NCBI RefSeq assembly: GCF_001194135.2
Contig: NC_068984.1
Span: 54,703,939-54,767,938, forward strand
Length of the DNA stretch: 64,000 nucleotides
Source: Octopus bimaculoides
Taxonomy: Eukaryota
Direction: 5' to 3'
Of this stretch, positions 24,989 through 37,379 are shown in pieces. The notes beneath the pieces are model-generated. The model saw only the letters and a list, made by a program, of their open reading frames with translations, did not search any database and was not told where the DNA came from. Positions within the stretch are counted from its first letter, which is position 1, and every line of letters starts with the position of its first letter. The translations under genes were made by a program, and so were the position numbers.

Positions 24989-25020
24989 GTCGTCGTCGTC
25001 GTCGTCGTCGTTGCCATCAT
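24594..25020. repeat. Compound (TCG)n/(TCA)n trinucleotide repeat, duplicated across a 10-N gap
   Basis: Segments starting GAAGTTGTCATTATCGTCGCAATC at 24594 and 24837 are near-identical. Confidence 0.9.
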
Positions 25021-26249
25021 TATCATAAATAGCGTCTCCTATGACGTCTGCCAAAAGAAACGCAGAGTGATTGATTCCGCGCTTTTTTTTTTTTTTGGCC
25101 AAGTCGACCATGATATGGAAAAATATTGAGTGCTGTAACGACCATACCTTTCTCAGTCTCCCATTAGGGATGTGACAAAGAAATAGATCAATTGCACATT
25201 GATACTCTATCACAGGTTCGGTTGATTAAGAACCTGTAATTCTTTGTTTTTGCTCATTACGAAGAGGGCGATTCAATGCAGTATTACAGGGATTACAAAT
25301 AATCAAATCGAAAAGATGAGAAAACTTCCTCGTGGTTGCTAGTTTGAAAGATGAGCAAAACATCTCCGAAATCACACCCTAACACTTTTAAGCTATCGTG
25401 AAAAACGCAGTCCTTAATGTAGAAAATATTGGTGTTTGGGCTATTCTTGCACTACGTACATAACGGTTAGAGACACAAATTATGAAATATCCAAGCCTTA
25501 AATTTTGAACATTGTATTGATTCATTTTCCACTGTTACGTTTAACTACTCAGACAAGCCTTAAACAATGAATAAATAAATGAATAAATAAAAAATACCTG
25601 AAATGTATGTTGAACTTTTTGAAGAGGAGTCAAAAAGTGTGATGTATGTGACAACACTCGACTAACGTTTTGTGACATGAAAATATTAACTGCTAATTCC
25701 TCTGATTTTTTTTCCAGAACAGCATAAAATGTCTCATGATGTTTATTTACATTGACTTCGAAATTCCAAGAAAAAAAACAGACAAACAAAAAAAATATGG
25801 TAATGATTTTGTTGGACAATTCTCATTTTGCTGGTGTGACGTACGTGACTAAAAAAATAAATGTGACATTTTAACGACAAATATTTTCTGTATCTTGCAA
25901 ATAACGTAGATCGGGAAGAACTTATCTCAACATTAATATCTGGTCGAAAATAAACCATTTCTGGTATGTAGTAATTTTTCTGGGCATTATAAAAAAATAG
26001 CTTGGAATCCTGTCTTAGTTTGACTTTCCTGAGACTGATAGAATGCCTTTGGTCATAGATCTCCATTACTAAGGTTCACATGAACTAAACACCATCATCG
26101 CCATCACCCCTCTCCCTTTAATTGCACACTTCCGGAAAGATGGTTATAATGGACACTGTAGTACCTGAAACACCGAAAGACGGAATGGCTGCAGCTGGAA
26201 CGCCTTTGATCATAAATATGCTCGATCAAGCATAACCTTGTATTGAATA

Positions 26250-26425
26250 GCGACAACAGCAACAGCAACAGCAGCAGCAGCAGCAGCAGCAGCTACAACA
26301 ACAACAGTAGTAACAACAGCAGTAGAAACAACAGCAGTAGAAACAACAGCAGTAGAAACAACAGCAGCAACAGCTACGGCAGAAACAACAGCAGTAACAA
26401 CAAGAACAACAAAAACAAACAACAG
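26250..26425. repeat. Degenerate (CAG/CAA)n repeat with 15 bp AGTAGAAACAACAGC units
   Basis: Direct read. Confidence 0.9.
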
Positions 26426-27839
26426 CTGTAATGTCACAGCAACCTCTAAACAGGTGAAAGGCATCTTCAACACAATCACGTCGCAAAAAAGTACAGCAAA
26501 CTATTCTACCTGGCATTCTACGTTTCTATCGAGGCATCATACGTTGAACCATGGGATTCACTCAGTTTTAAAATAATTAAATCGAAGTTTTGACGTACAA
26601 AATCCAAAATATAAAATACATTTTTAACTTGGAATAGCATAATTGTAACAATCACAGTTCTGTGTCAATATGTAGTTACTTCGTAACTACACAAGTGGGT
26701 GCGGACCGTTGGACTTGCTAGAAATAATAACAAAATCTCCACCATATCACATTTTACCGTCTTATAAAGAAACAGGTACATTAAATTATATAGTCCTTAC
26801 TCTGAAGTGTGTCACGAGCAAACGAGATTATTAAATCAGAGCTTATTCCAATTCTTTAATCCTATAAAGTCTTAGCTATTCAATACGGGAGATCACGGCT
26901 GGAATGTTTTTGATCATAGATCTGCTTAATAGGGTTGGCCTGGGGTTGCACAGCAACAGGAGTTATTTTAGGACTGTGAGTACATCTTGACAAGTCTATT
27001 TAGTTAATACTATGAAGGGTAAGTAGCTACAGTAAGTCAAACTTCATTGTTTGGCCAATTGTTTGTTTCTTGATCAATGATTTTTCAGGAACCCACACAA
27101 CATGTTACATGAATGTGATGTGTACCTTAGATGTACTATCTCTAATTAGGAAGCTATGCACTAATGCATCCAAGAACTGTAGACCCAAACATTTCCTGCT
27201 TTGCTTCTTCTGCCTGGCTATACTCCAAAGTAAATGTTTTCCTTCTAAATTTTGCCGTATCTCCGTTCAACAAACTTCGAATTTATAATCAGCAGTCAAT
27301 ACTTGGTCAACATAGTTACAACTTACTTCTACCCTTCATTTCGAATCTTCATTGCATCTCAATACAAACATTATCTGGAATACAATTAACTGAATAATTA
27401 TTCTACGCATTCATTAACAATGAGGTTTGTGTTCCATGCAGGGGTGTGTATTTATTAAATGTTGAAACGATTGCTGTTTAATATTAGGACGGTCCATTCT
27501 TAATATGAATATTTTAAAGACTGTTGGTTTTAAATATTTAAGGTTTAACACTTATTCTAAATAGAAAAGTTAAAGATACTGTCTTTTCAAAATCTCCGGC
27601 CAATAACCTTTAATCTCTGGTTTTCTTCACTTAAGTTTTTTAGAGCAGGCTCTTTATGGTTTCGTTTAGTTTCCAACTGAAAAAAGTTTTCAACTTCATT
27701 GTTGTCTAAATTGATTTCTGTAGATTAAGAATTAATCATTTTTCAATTGTTTCTAGCTGTTATTCAGAAACATATTGTCAATTAGAACATTACATACTCA
27801 TAGGATTGGTTTCATACAGTGTAATGTATATTTTGATTC

Positions 27840-29060
27840 ACCCATAAAGCAATGGGAAAGTTGCAACACCGAGGTTCCTGTGACTGTAAAATCTTTCGGG
27901 CTGGTATTCAGATTAGAACAGAAAGTGGAGACTAGTGAAGGCTGTCAAGGTTGCAGAGTCGCAACTAAGACACAGAATGCTCATGAGTGTTGTACCTTGT
28001 GGAAAAGCTAACTAGGGTAGTACCACAACACATCACTATGATAGGAAAGATTAATGAACCGGAATGAGGTTCAAGCATCGATTGAGAAGGAACGAGCCAC
28101 GAGTGTTTAGACGAGTACCAGGGAACCTGGTCAAGATACAACAAAGAGCTGGTACTTAAAGTCTCATGGCCCGACATTCTGAGAGTAGAACGTCTTTGAA
28201 AAAACTCCTAATTCTGGCATTTTAAGATGTCCTATCGAACTTATCCAACTTAAGCTGTGGAGAGTTAGAGTCAGCTGCCAGCTCCGGTGCCTGAGGAGAA
28301 AAACTCTGGCGTACATCCTCAGTATCTGTAGAAAAGCCCTGGGAAAGGAACGTTATATCTGGAGGCATGATCGGGCCTTTGAAGTTATAGGTGACACCGT
28401 CTGAAGTAGCATTAGCCATTGAAAGTGCCCCTGCCAAGCAAAGAAAAATTATCACCTTTGTCGAGGCTGGCTGGAAAAAGGTACCAGCTGTCAAGTCCTC
28501 TTCCCCGAGCCTACTTACAACGGTAAAATATTGGGAGTTGAAAGTTTACGCGGTGAAGTAACTGAACTTTCCAGAAACTATCGCATCAAGATTATTAAGG
28601 TCAGATGTGGTGCTAATATCAGAAGCATCAAAGACAGTGCGTTTTGTTAGAACTCCCCACTTTCTAGGAAAATCGTATTGAGGAGGTGAATGAGAATAAG
28701 AGACGGAAATATGTTGAGGGGGTGGAGTTATTCCAAAGCAATCGGTGGAGGATAAGGTGTGATCCCATTGAGGGAGAATATAGGTACGCTTCTCTGATGA
28801 ACTTGCAACATGCTGGGAATCACAGCAGGTGTGAGGGCATCAAGATTACGATGGAAGCAGCAGAGAGTACCTCAAGGCGGCTTTGGACCAGACGGTGGGA
28901 TCTCTGGAAGGGGTAGTGCTAGAAGGGGTAGTGTTAAAGGGGTTTGATCAACCATGGTTATGCAGCTTGAATGAGGGCGTTTAATTGTTGAAAGAACCCT
29001 AAGAAACACTTAATGAACCCCAAAAACCATCATTGTTGATGTGTCCGGTTGAGGTATGCA
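27840..29060 (+). mobile_element. HERO-like (REL endonuclease) non-LTR 3' fragment, heavily decayed
   Basis: Across frameshifts: TLAYILSICRKALGKERYIWRHDRA (zinc-knuckle end), LLRSDVVLISEASK, MEAAESTSRRLWTRRW; 3'UTR follows. Confidence 0.75.
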
Positions 29061-29334
29061 AAAACTTATATATTCTTTCCAATGAATAGCCGAGTATCTT
29101 AGTTATTTTAATAGAAGTGCACATGTCTTCACAAAGATGTCAATTAGTTACAATTAAATTCAAGCAAATTAATCATTAGAAACCGTTAGAAACAGATGAA
29201 ATTCGTGCGATTTCCTAATTTTAGGAAATAATTAATTATCGTACAGGCAGCCGATTTCATGATTTATTTACTAAAGCAACGATCACTTTGATCCCTTCAG
29301 TAGTCCCTTAAACGTTGCTGCTTTAAAATTCAGG

Positions 29335-29490
29335 GAACGACATTCTATGGTTACGAAGGTTGCCTTCAAGTTCAATTCCGTTGCACGGCATCTTAAGCAA
29401 GCGTCTTCTACTATGACCCGGGTTGACCAATGCCTTTAGATTGAATTTGCTGGACGGTAACTGTGTGGGAGTCCATCGTATAAATATATA
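29335..29490 (-). mobile_element. SINE family B head
   Basis: rc of CATCTTAAGCAAGCGTCTTCTACTATGACCCGGGTTGACCAATGCC...GAGTCCATCGTATA. Confidence 0.6.
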
Positions 29491-30059
29491 TNNNNNNNNN
29501 NNNNNNNNNNNNNNNNNNNNNNNNNNNNNNNNNNNTATATATATATATATATAAAATATATATATATATATAAAATATATATATATATATATAATATATA
29601 TATATATAATATATATACGTTCGCGTGTACGTGTGTGCGTGTCTTTGGGATTATGTACGTTACCCAGAATCGCTTGAAACAGTTTATTTATGTCCCTGTA
29701 ACTTAGCAGTCGGGCTAAGAAAACTGATAGAACGAGTACCAGATTTAAAAAAAAATAATAAGTTTGTGCCTCAACATGGCTACCGTTCAATGGCCGAAAT
29801 GCGAAAAAGTAAAAGTAATAATACAGACGAAACCTTTGAATACTTTCCGCAAAATTGTTTTGGAAGATAACAGCGTATGTTAATGACAGTTTCTGTTATA
29901 GACAAATGTTAGCATCTTGCAAGAAATTTTAAGAACGATATATTTCACTATTTCTAACTATAGCACTAGATTATATATTTGTCACACACGACATTGAAAA
30001 GTAACATCGATTTGCATTAGAACCTTTGGTTACAAGAAAATGTGCTGTTCTTCTTAAGG

Positions 30060-30360
30060 GTATTCGTCTCACGATCGTAAGGTTGTGAGTTCGATTCCCG
30101 GCGGTGCGTTGTGTCCTTGAACAAGACATTTTATTTCACATTGCTACTGTCCAATCAGCTGGCTAAAATGAGTCGTACCTGTAATTGGAAGGGCCGGCCT
30201 TATCACATCGTGTGCCACGCTGAATCATCCCGGGAACTACGTTAACAGTACGTGTTTCTCAGGAGTAGTCATCCATTTACTCGTTAATTCATGAGCAGAC
30301 TGTTTCGTTGATCGGATCAGCCGGAACACTCGTCGTCGTAACTGACGGAGGGTCAGTTTT
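30060..30360 (+). mobile_element. SINE family C variant (tRNA head, CORE-like, different 3' region)
   Basis: GAGTTCGATTCCC B-box, TGTGTCCTTGAACAAGACAT, CCAATCAGCTGGCTAAAATGAGT. Confidence 0.7.
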
Positions 30361-31869
30361 ACTAGAACTTGCACATTACCTATTTTTCAGGACTGATCTG
30401 ATTCTGTTCTTTAAGTTTTCTGGAGGAAAGTCAAAATCCTGTAATGACCAACGATCAAGCAGGCCCGCAATGTCAATACGTATTTTGGTTTGCTTCCTGA
30501 GACTATTGTATGTTCGTTGAAGTTATACTCCTAAACTAAATTAGCCTGTTGAATACATATTTAAATAGCGAGACTATTCGCATAATGCAAATTTATATAA
30601 CACAATAAATTTGTATTTAAAGGAAGGATTAAATTAGTCAAGAATTTAGAATTATCAAAAACATACTACATTACATAGAAACAGTAATATTATATTCTGT
30701 CAGTTATAGAGGTGTTAGCTGTCTGTCAAGCTTTTAAAGAAAGGCATTCTTGCTGGACCAGATATTTCATATGCAAATTTTACTTTTTGTAACAATGTAA
30801 ACGTTAGATCCAAGCAACACCTGAGGTACATTAGGGGCGTCCCTATATATTTAGTAGGTGTTAATTACGAACCGTATGTTGATGATTAGATATTAGATAT
30901 TGGCACGTTGCTCTGGTCAGTACTAATTAAGGAAGTTTATGGCTATTCAGTCGAATGACTACGTGCAACCCACGAATCTATCGCTTTAGAAGCATCCTGT
31001 TTCCATTATTCAGATCCATGCACCACGGTCCGATTTGTAGCGATGAATTTTGAACGTCTGGGCTCGTACTTAGTCCATTGTCTATTATCCAGTCTATTCC
31101 TATATGGACGTAGGCTCAGATTATTGTCATAGCGGAGAACAGGGGGAGCTTGGTCAGAGTATTCTAATTATTGGAGTTATTCTAAGATATCTTGTGCACA
31201 TGGAAGTCTTCTACAGTAATAGTGTTTGGTGATACAGTTGTGGTGTTAGTCTGGTAGAAATCGCAGTGAAGTTGGCAATGGTTAGTAGTATGTTGTTTCC
31301 CAATATTGAAAGTGTGTCATTTCATGTTTTATGTGCTGGATGCATAAATGTGTGTAAGAGATTGCAATTAGAATTTAGCCTACATACCCATATCAAGATT
31401 TTCAAGGACCCTGTACTGGACATGTATTCTTTTGTTCATGTAACAATACTATGTGAATTTTATGGGTGATGATGTATTTTAAAGTTTATGGAAATAATTT
31501 CTGGGCTGACCGTGTTGTTGCATGTTCAACTTATAAATGGTGAGGTAATATACATTGATTATTTTGTTGTAGAGTATTTTGTGAGTGATGTTCTTTGATT
31601 TTAATGCTTATTACTTTGGTTGGCATTGTTGTAGAATATGCAGTGACAGTATTGTTTTACATAGATACTTTAAAACGACGATAATGGCAGCACTTTTTGT
31701 AAATTATAAATTTTCGAATGCTTTTTCAATGTTCTTATTATCCGTTTTGTGCGAAAGCATTGCTTATAAATTTTCAAATGCTAGCTTTTGATCATATTGC
31801 GTTCTGTGCGCTTTTTTTCAGTTGAAATTTTAACGTTTGGGCAAAATTCCACTCTGTGATAAGCTCATT

Positions 31870-32024
31870 CTTTCTTACATTATTTACATTTGACGAATAT
31901 TTGTCCTCATCTTGTTTGTTGTTAACACAACATTTCGGCTGATATACCCTCCAGGATTCATCAGGTGTCCTGGAGAAATTTCGAACCTGGGTCCTCATTC
32001 TTGAGGTATTTTTCGATGTTGTTG

Positions 32025-32094
<70 letters not shown>

Positions 32095-32120
32095 AGTCAC
32101 TGCCCGAAATCGAACTCGGA
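31870..32120 (-). mobile_element. Hammerhead-bearing short element, copy 2, with B-box remnant, (TAA)n and damaged ribozyme
   Basis: Minus strand TTCCGAGTTCGATTTCGGGCAGTGACTTGAA (TAA)n (CAA)n CATCGAAAAATACC...GACAC CTGATGA ATCCTG...CAGCC GAAATGTT GTGTT. Confidence 0.8.
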
Positions 32121-32163
32121 AAAGGCAGTGACCTGAATAATGATGATGATGATGATAATAATG

Positions 32164-32220
<57 letters not shown>

Positions 32221-32223
<3 letters not shown>

Positions 32224-32777
32224 GCCCGGATGCAGTACCAAGCAGTGGCTCTCATGGCTTGTAATTTTAATTGATTGGAAGTGTTATCATGTACATTGTT
32301 TTGTCTTGGTATAAAGGATGGGCTACAGCAAATATTCTGCTCAATACCACAGATATGTTTGTCAGTTGTTTGACCTTAACCAGTTGAGCATGTCCCGTCG
32401 TGGCTGACGATATGTGTATCTCTGATCATGAGCAGAAGTAGTGAGGGAGCATCATAGCAATGTGTTGAGAGGAAATCTTTGGGGCTTGAATAATTGACCT
32501 TTGGAAACATGGGTGTTTTGCTCAACATCCTTAAACAAACCTTTTCCAGGGACCTTTTGAGCAGGATGGGCTACTCGACCTGAAGAAAATTCTAACTGGG
32601 CTCCACCTACGAGGTCATGCGCTGTTTATCTTGATATGAGATCACCATGTCGCGCACATATGGTTGTGATGCATGTGCCCGGTGTACCCTTGTCAGACGG
32701 GTAGTCATGATGGGTATAATGGGCTTCGTATATTTTACCCCAGTGTCACTTTGATGGCATGCACAGCTCTCTCACTC
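32221..32777 (+). mobile_element. 557 bp non-coding element flanked by (TAA)n on both sides
   Basis: Starts AATGCCCGGATGCAG, ends CTCTCTCACTC|AATAAT; 3' ~235 nt homologous to 63390-63624; no ORF. Confidence 0.75.
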
Positions 32778-32790
32778 AATAATAATAATA

Positions 32791-32874
<84 letters not shown>

Positions 32875-32921
32875 TCGAAAAATACCTCAGGAATGAGAAC
32901 CCAGGTTCGAAATTTCCCCAA

Positions 32922-32967
32922 GATACCTGATGAAGGCTGGAGGATATATCAGCCGAAACGTTGTGTT
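32922..32967 (+). ncRNA. Minimal type I hammerhead ribozyme with intact core
   Basis: GATAC CTGATGA A GGCTG GAGGATATAT CAGCC GAAA CG TT GTGTT: CUGAUGA and GAAA cores, 5 bp stem II, stem I GATAC/GTGTT with wobbles, palindromic AACGTT in place of stem III, GUU cleavage triplet. Confidence 0.75.
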
Positions 32968-34895
32968 AACAACAAACAAGATGAGGACAAATATCCGTCA
33001 AATGTAAATAATGTACAAGATGAGGACAAATAACAAACAAGATGAGAACAAATATCTGTCAAATGTAAATAATTCCTCATCTCTTAAATATAGAACTGTG
33101 TTATTCTTTCTAAGTTAATCATTTTAGAATTCGATTTTTCTAGACAACTGTGATAATACTTTGAGGACGACGCTGCTATTTTTAGCAGATCGAGCCGCCA
33201 CCACTGAGACAATTGTTCGTTAAATATTTATTTATTAGCATGTTAACTATTTGAGTTATTATTGTCTAAGGTGAGTCAGCTTTCTGATACCTGGCATGTT
33301 TTAGAGGTATATCATTGCTAGGCTTTGACCTTTGCTGCTGTAGTACGATGGTGAAATTAAATACCATCATATTTGTCGTGCAGTCTATTCTAACGTTGTA
33401 TACACTGGCATTTTATTTCCGTCTTTGTTGTATCGTTGTTTCTGCTGATGTATCTCTAATATTGATATGACGTCATTGTTCCTGCTAAAATTCCTTCTAT
33501 TTCTCCATATTTTCAGACGCATTCTTTTGATGTTAGTGGTAACTACAGGCGTACTAATAGTGATTGCACATATGAAAACCTATATTTCTATCTAGTATGG
33601 TAGTAATTTGATGTTAATAAAAAAGCATTATTGTTCTTGCGTATTCTTTGAAATAGATGTATTTTCCGTCAGAATTGCAAATATACGCAAATTTAAATAT
33701 ATAAGCAGGTATCGTTATAACTGAATTAATTTCTAGCTTCTATCTAAACTGTATCCCAAACCTAATCACCATTGTTACCATTACTTTCGTCGTACCATTA
33801 CTTCCATCACTACCTCCTTACAACTAAACCAATACATGCACCATCCCTATCATCATTGTAACTACTACATTACTTATCTTTCATCACAACACCACTTCCA
33901 CCACTTCTATCAAAACACCATTGCTAACACCACTATTAACCCTGTCACCGTGTTTGATCATGGTTAACTTGGTGGTAAACGACAAACATTAATATACTAT
34001 CAGCATTGTCACCTTCACCTCTGAAAAACCACCCATTCTAATTTTTTTTTAAAGCTGGCATGTTATTTTAGAATCTATTATTGAGTGAAGTATATACATA
34101 TTTATTTGATTTGTGTTGGGATCAAACGTTCTCAGTATCCTGTAATAAAATATTTAATCTAGACATTATTTGTGTCATGTTCAGGGTACAAAAATGATGA
34201 GAAAATAGATATTATAGCAAGTCTAGATAACAAAAGATAAAATATTTTATATTAACATGCATATATTATTTTGATTTCGTGTGGTCATGATGAACAACAT
34301 ATCACTTACAGGTAATATTCAGAACAAGATCGCATTTTATGCTTTATTAAGAATCTATGGATTCTTTGTTCATACACACAACAAGAAGTCTGTTATGGTT
34401 TCTTGTATCTAGAGGACGATTGGAAAAGATTCAGGATCTTGATTGTTTCTAGCAAACATTTTCATGGCTACAAATACATGGGTTGAGTTACAAAGGTAAA
34501 GTTCTTATATCCTGGCACGCCTTGAGAGCAATTAAAAATGGCCAGAGCCCTCTAGAGTTACGATAATTCAATAAAGGCTAATGTATGTCGTAAACATATC
34601 ATTTAAGTGAGAAAATAGGAAAATACACAAGAATTGACTCTATTCGAAGTATTATAGTATAAAGACAGAAGCTGTCTTCGGCTACTAAACTGTGCTGATC
34701 CCAAGGAAGTCATATAAACGGTAAAATTAATATATTGCCCATCGAAATTGCTCATTCACTTCTATTAGAATGTTAGTCTTGATGGAATACATATGTATGA
34801 ACAGTTACACAAATATGTCATCATCAGAAACGAAGCACACGCACATATATGTCATGTATACACACTGCGCGCTTGACGCGTGCGCACAAATACAC

Positions 34896-34955
<60 letters not shown>

Positions 34956-35968
34956 ACACACACACACGCGCTCTTATTTTAATTTGTTTCTAGAAACATA
35001 AAGTAAGAAGTAATTAATATATTTAATGTCTCTCTACATATATTGATTTCTCATTAAGATCAACAGTTGAGATTTATAGAAGAACTGTAAGTTTTGATAG
35101 TAATGTCATTCCCATTGGCTTTCGTTAGAAATGTAAATGCATTGAAATGACTTTATTTAGTCTGAAATGGAAACAGGTTCGAAGATTCGAACGACTGAGA
35201 GTTTACCTCTAAGTCCAATGTGCTCACCGAGAGCCCCTACCGTTTTAAGTAAAGTTGAATTAGATAATGTAGATTTTCATATCCTTCACACGATAGGATA
35301 ATCAGTTCTATAATACTTTCACTTTCTTTCCCAAGTCTGACTCCAAGGAAAGAAAAGCAAGAAGAAAACACACACACANNNNNNNNNNNNNNNNNNNNNN
35401 NNNNNNNNNNNNNNNNNNNNNNNNNNNNNNNNNNNNNNNNNNNNNNNNNNNNNNNNNNNNNNNNNNNNNNNNNNNNNNNNNNNNNNNNNNNNNNNNNNNN
35501 NNNNNNNNNNNNNNNNNNNNNNNNNNNNNNNNNNNNNNNNNNNNNNNNNNNNNNNNNNNNNNNNNNNNNNNNNNNNNNNNNNNNNNNNNNNNNNNNNNNN
35601 NNNNNNNNNNNNNNNNNNNNNNNNNNNNNNNNNNNNNNNNNNNNNNNNNNNNNNNNNNNNNNNNNNNNNATATATATATAAATATATATATATATGGGAA
35701 CAGGTTAATAACAGCATAACTGGGAGTGGGTACTTAGTCTCACTATTTATGCCTTGACAGTAAGGAAAGGCAACGCTGCTGCTATGTAATAGATAATTTG
35801 GTAATCGCTGTTGTATCCAACCGTCATCAGAATTATTTTGTCTTTGTAGAGAAGATACTTATACATCTAACTCTAACCCGATTTATCCAGTTCTAAGTAA
35901 ATTTAGAACTTTATTTGCCGAAATACTTTGCAAATGACACCATCTGCAATTGCAAGTGCGATCATTAC

Positions 35969-35999
<31 letters not shown>

Positions 36000-36124
36000 C
36001 ATACATACATACATGCATACATACATATGTGTGTATACACACATACATACAAACACACACACATCTTTCATACATATACATCATATATATATGTATACAT
36101 TTATGTATGCATGCATGTATCTCC

Positions 36125-36240
<116 letters not shown>

Positions 36241-37379
36241 CGATACATTAATTTCTCTTTTCTTGACTTCGTTCCCTATTATCTCTGCATGTCTTTTTTT
36301 CAAATTTGGCAGCCAGCTTCTCAAAGTGGTATTTGCCAGATTCCTTATTAATAATTATCTCCTACTTCTCCTGATTTTTACCATCTCTCTACATTGTTTA
36401 AAATTGATGGCATTGTCGTTGATTACCGTCTTTGAAAGCTGTCCAACAGATGTCATTTTGTAACTTTCTTCTTATTTTTCACTATTTTCTCCTTACCCTC
36501 TACTTTTCTCCTATTATCTCCCCTTTCCTACCTATTCTTATTCTCAACCTATTCTATTTAATTTTATCAGAAAACATCTCTCTTCATTTAAGGGTACTAT
36601 CTGAAACTTTAGACTTGATTGTTTCTCACGGTAAATTAATTTATTCCAAATTTGAATTGTTTATGCTTATTAATTACCGCTGTAGATACTAGTTTCTTCA
36701 GATTCTACTACTTAGCTGTAATTCCCCAGCTAGTGTTTTGCTTCCTTGCTCTCTCCCTGCAACTAATCCTCTTAACATGGAAGATGTTGTGTAATTTTCT
36801 CCTCTCTGTCTTTGTTGATAACTTCAACGACCTACTACGGTTACAGGACAAATTGCCCATCACAATATGTTTTGAGTTTGAAAATTGAATAGCAGTAATA
36901 TGCAGAAATATATTCAACTAATCTTATTTATCCCCCATTAAAAATATCAATAATATGTACAACTAGAGTAAAGTATTTGATATTTTGTAAAGTGGCAAGA
37001 TTAATATTAAATGTTGCTGAATACATAGATACTAAATGTACATATTACATATGGCAGTCAGCTTCTCACTGTGGTATTTTTCGGAGCCATCATTAATTAG
37101 TACTCAGGTCAACAATTTTTTTTTCTCTCACCTAGGGGCTTATTGACGCACAGAATCCGAAAATAACATCCATTTATTAAAACTACATCAAGGTTTTAAG
37201 ATGACGGAGCCATAGAATTTCCTTGTTTTGCCAATGGAACAGCTTATGATTTGCAAGGCATAACACACAAACACATAGAAATTGGCTTTTCTTCAAAACC
37301 AGAATGTTTTCTTAAATTTCTACTGAAAATCCAGTAAAAATCTTAACATTTCTACAGACAAATTACATCATTGTTTATG

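Larger units (their letters stand above)
32122..33100 (+). mobile_element. Hammerhead-bearing short element, copy 3, with a 557 bp insertion in its internal (TAA)n
   Basis: GGCAGTGACCTGAA (TGA/TAA)n [insert] (TAA)n CATCGAAAAATACC...hammerhead...TCCTCATCTCTTAAATATAGAACTG; 3' part locally duplicated. Confidence 0.8.

Noticed and set aside
24557-25213. 218 aa Asp-rich ORF resembling an acidic biomineralisation protein
   Set aside because: Translation of a (GAT/GAC)n microsatellite that is duplicated across a gap; no signal peptide or splice context
25212-25237. Perfect 8 bp hairpin ACAGGTTC/GAACCTGT
   Set aside because: Too short to stand out from chance in 64 kb; not long enough for a pre-miRNA
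26210-26516. Poly-Ala/Val, poly-Cys and poly-Ser/Asn ORFs
   Set aside because: All are frames of one CAG/CAA repeat
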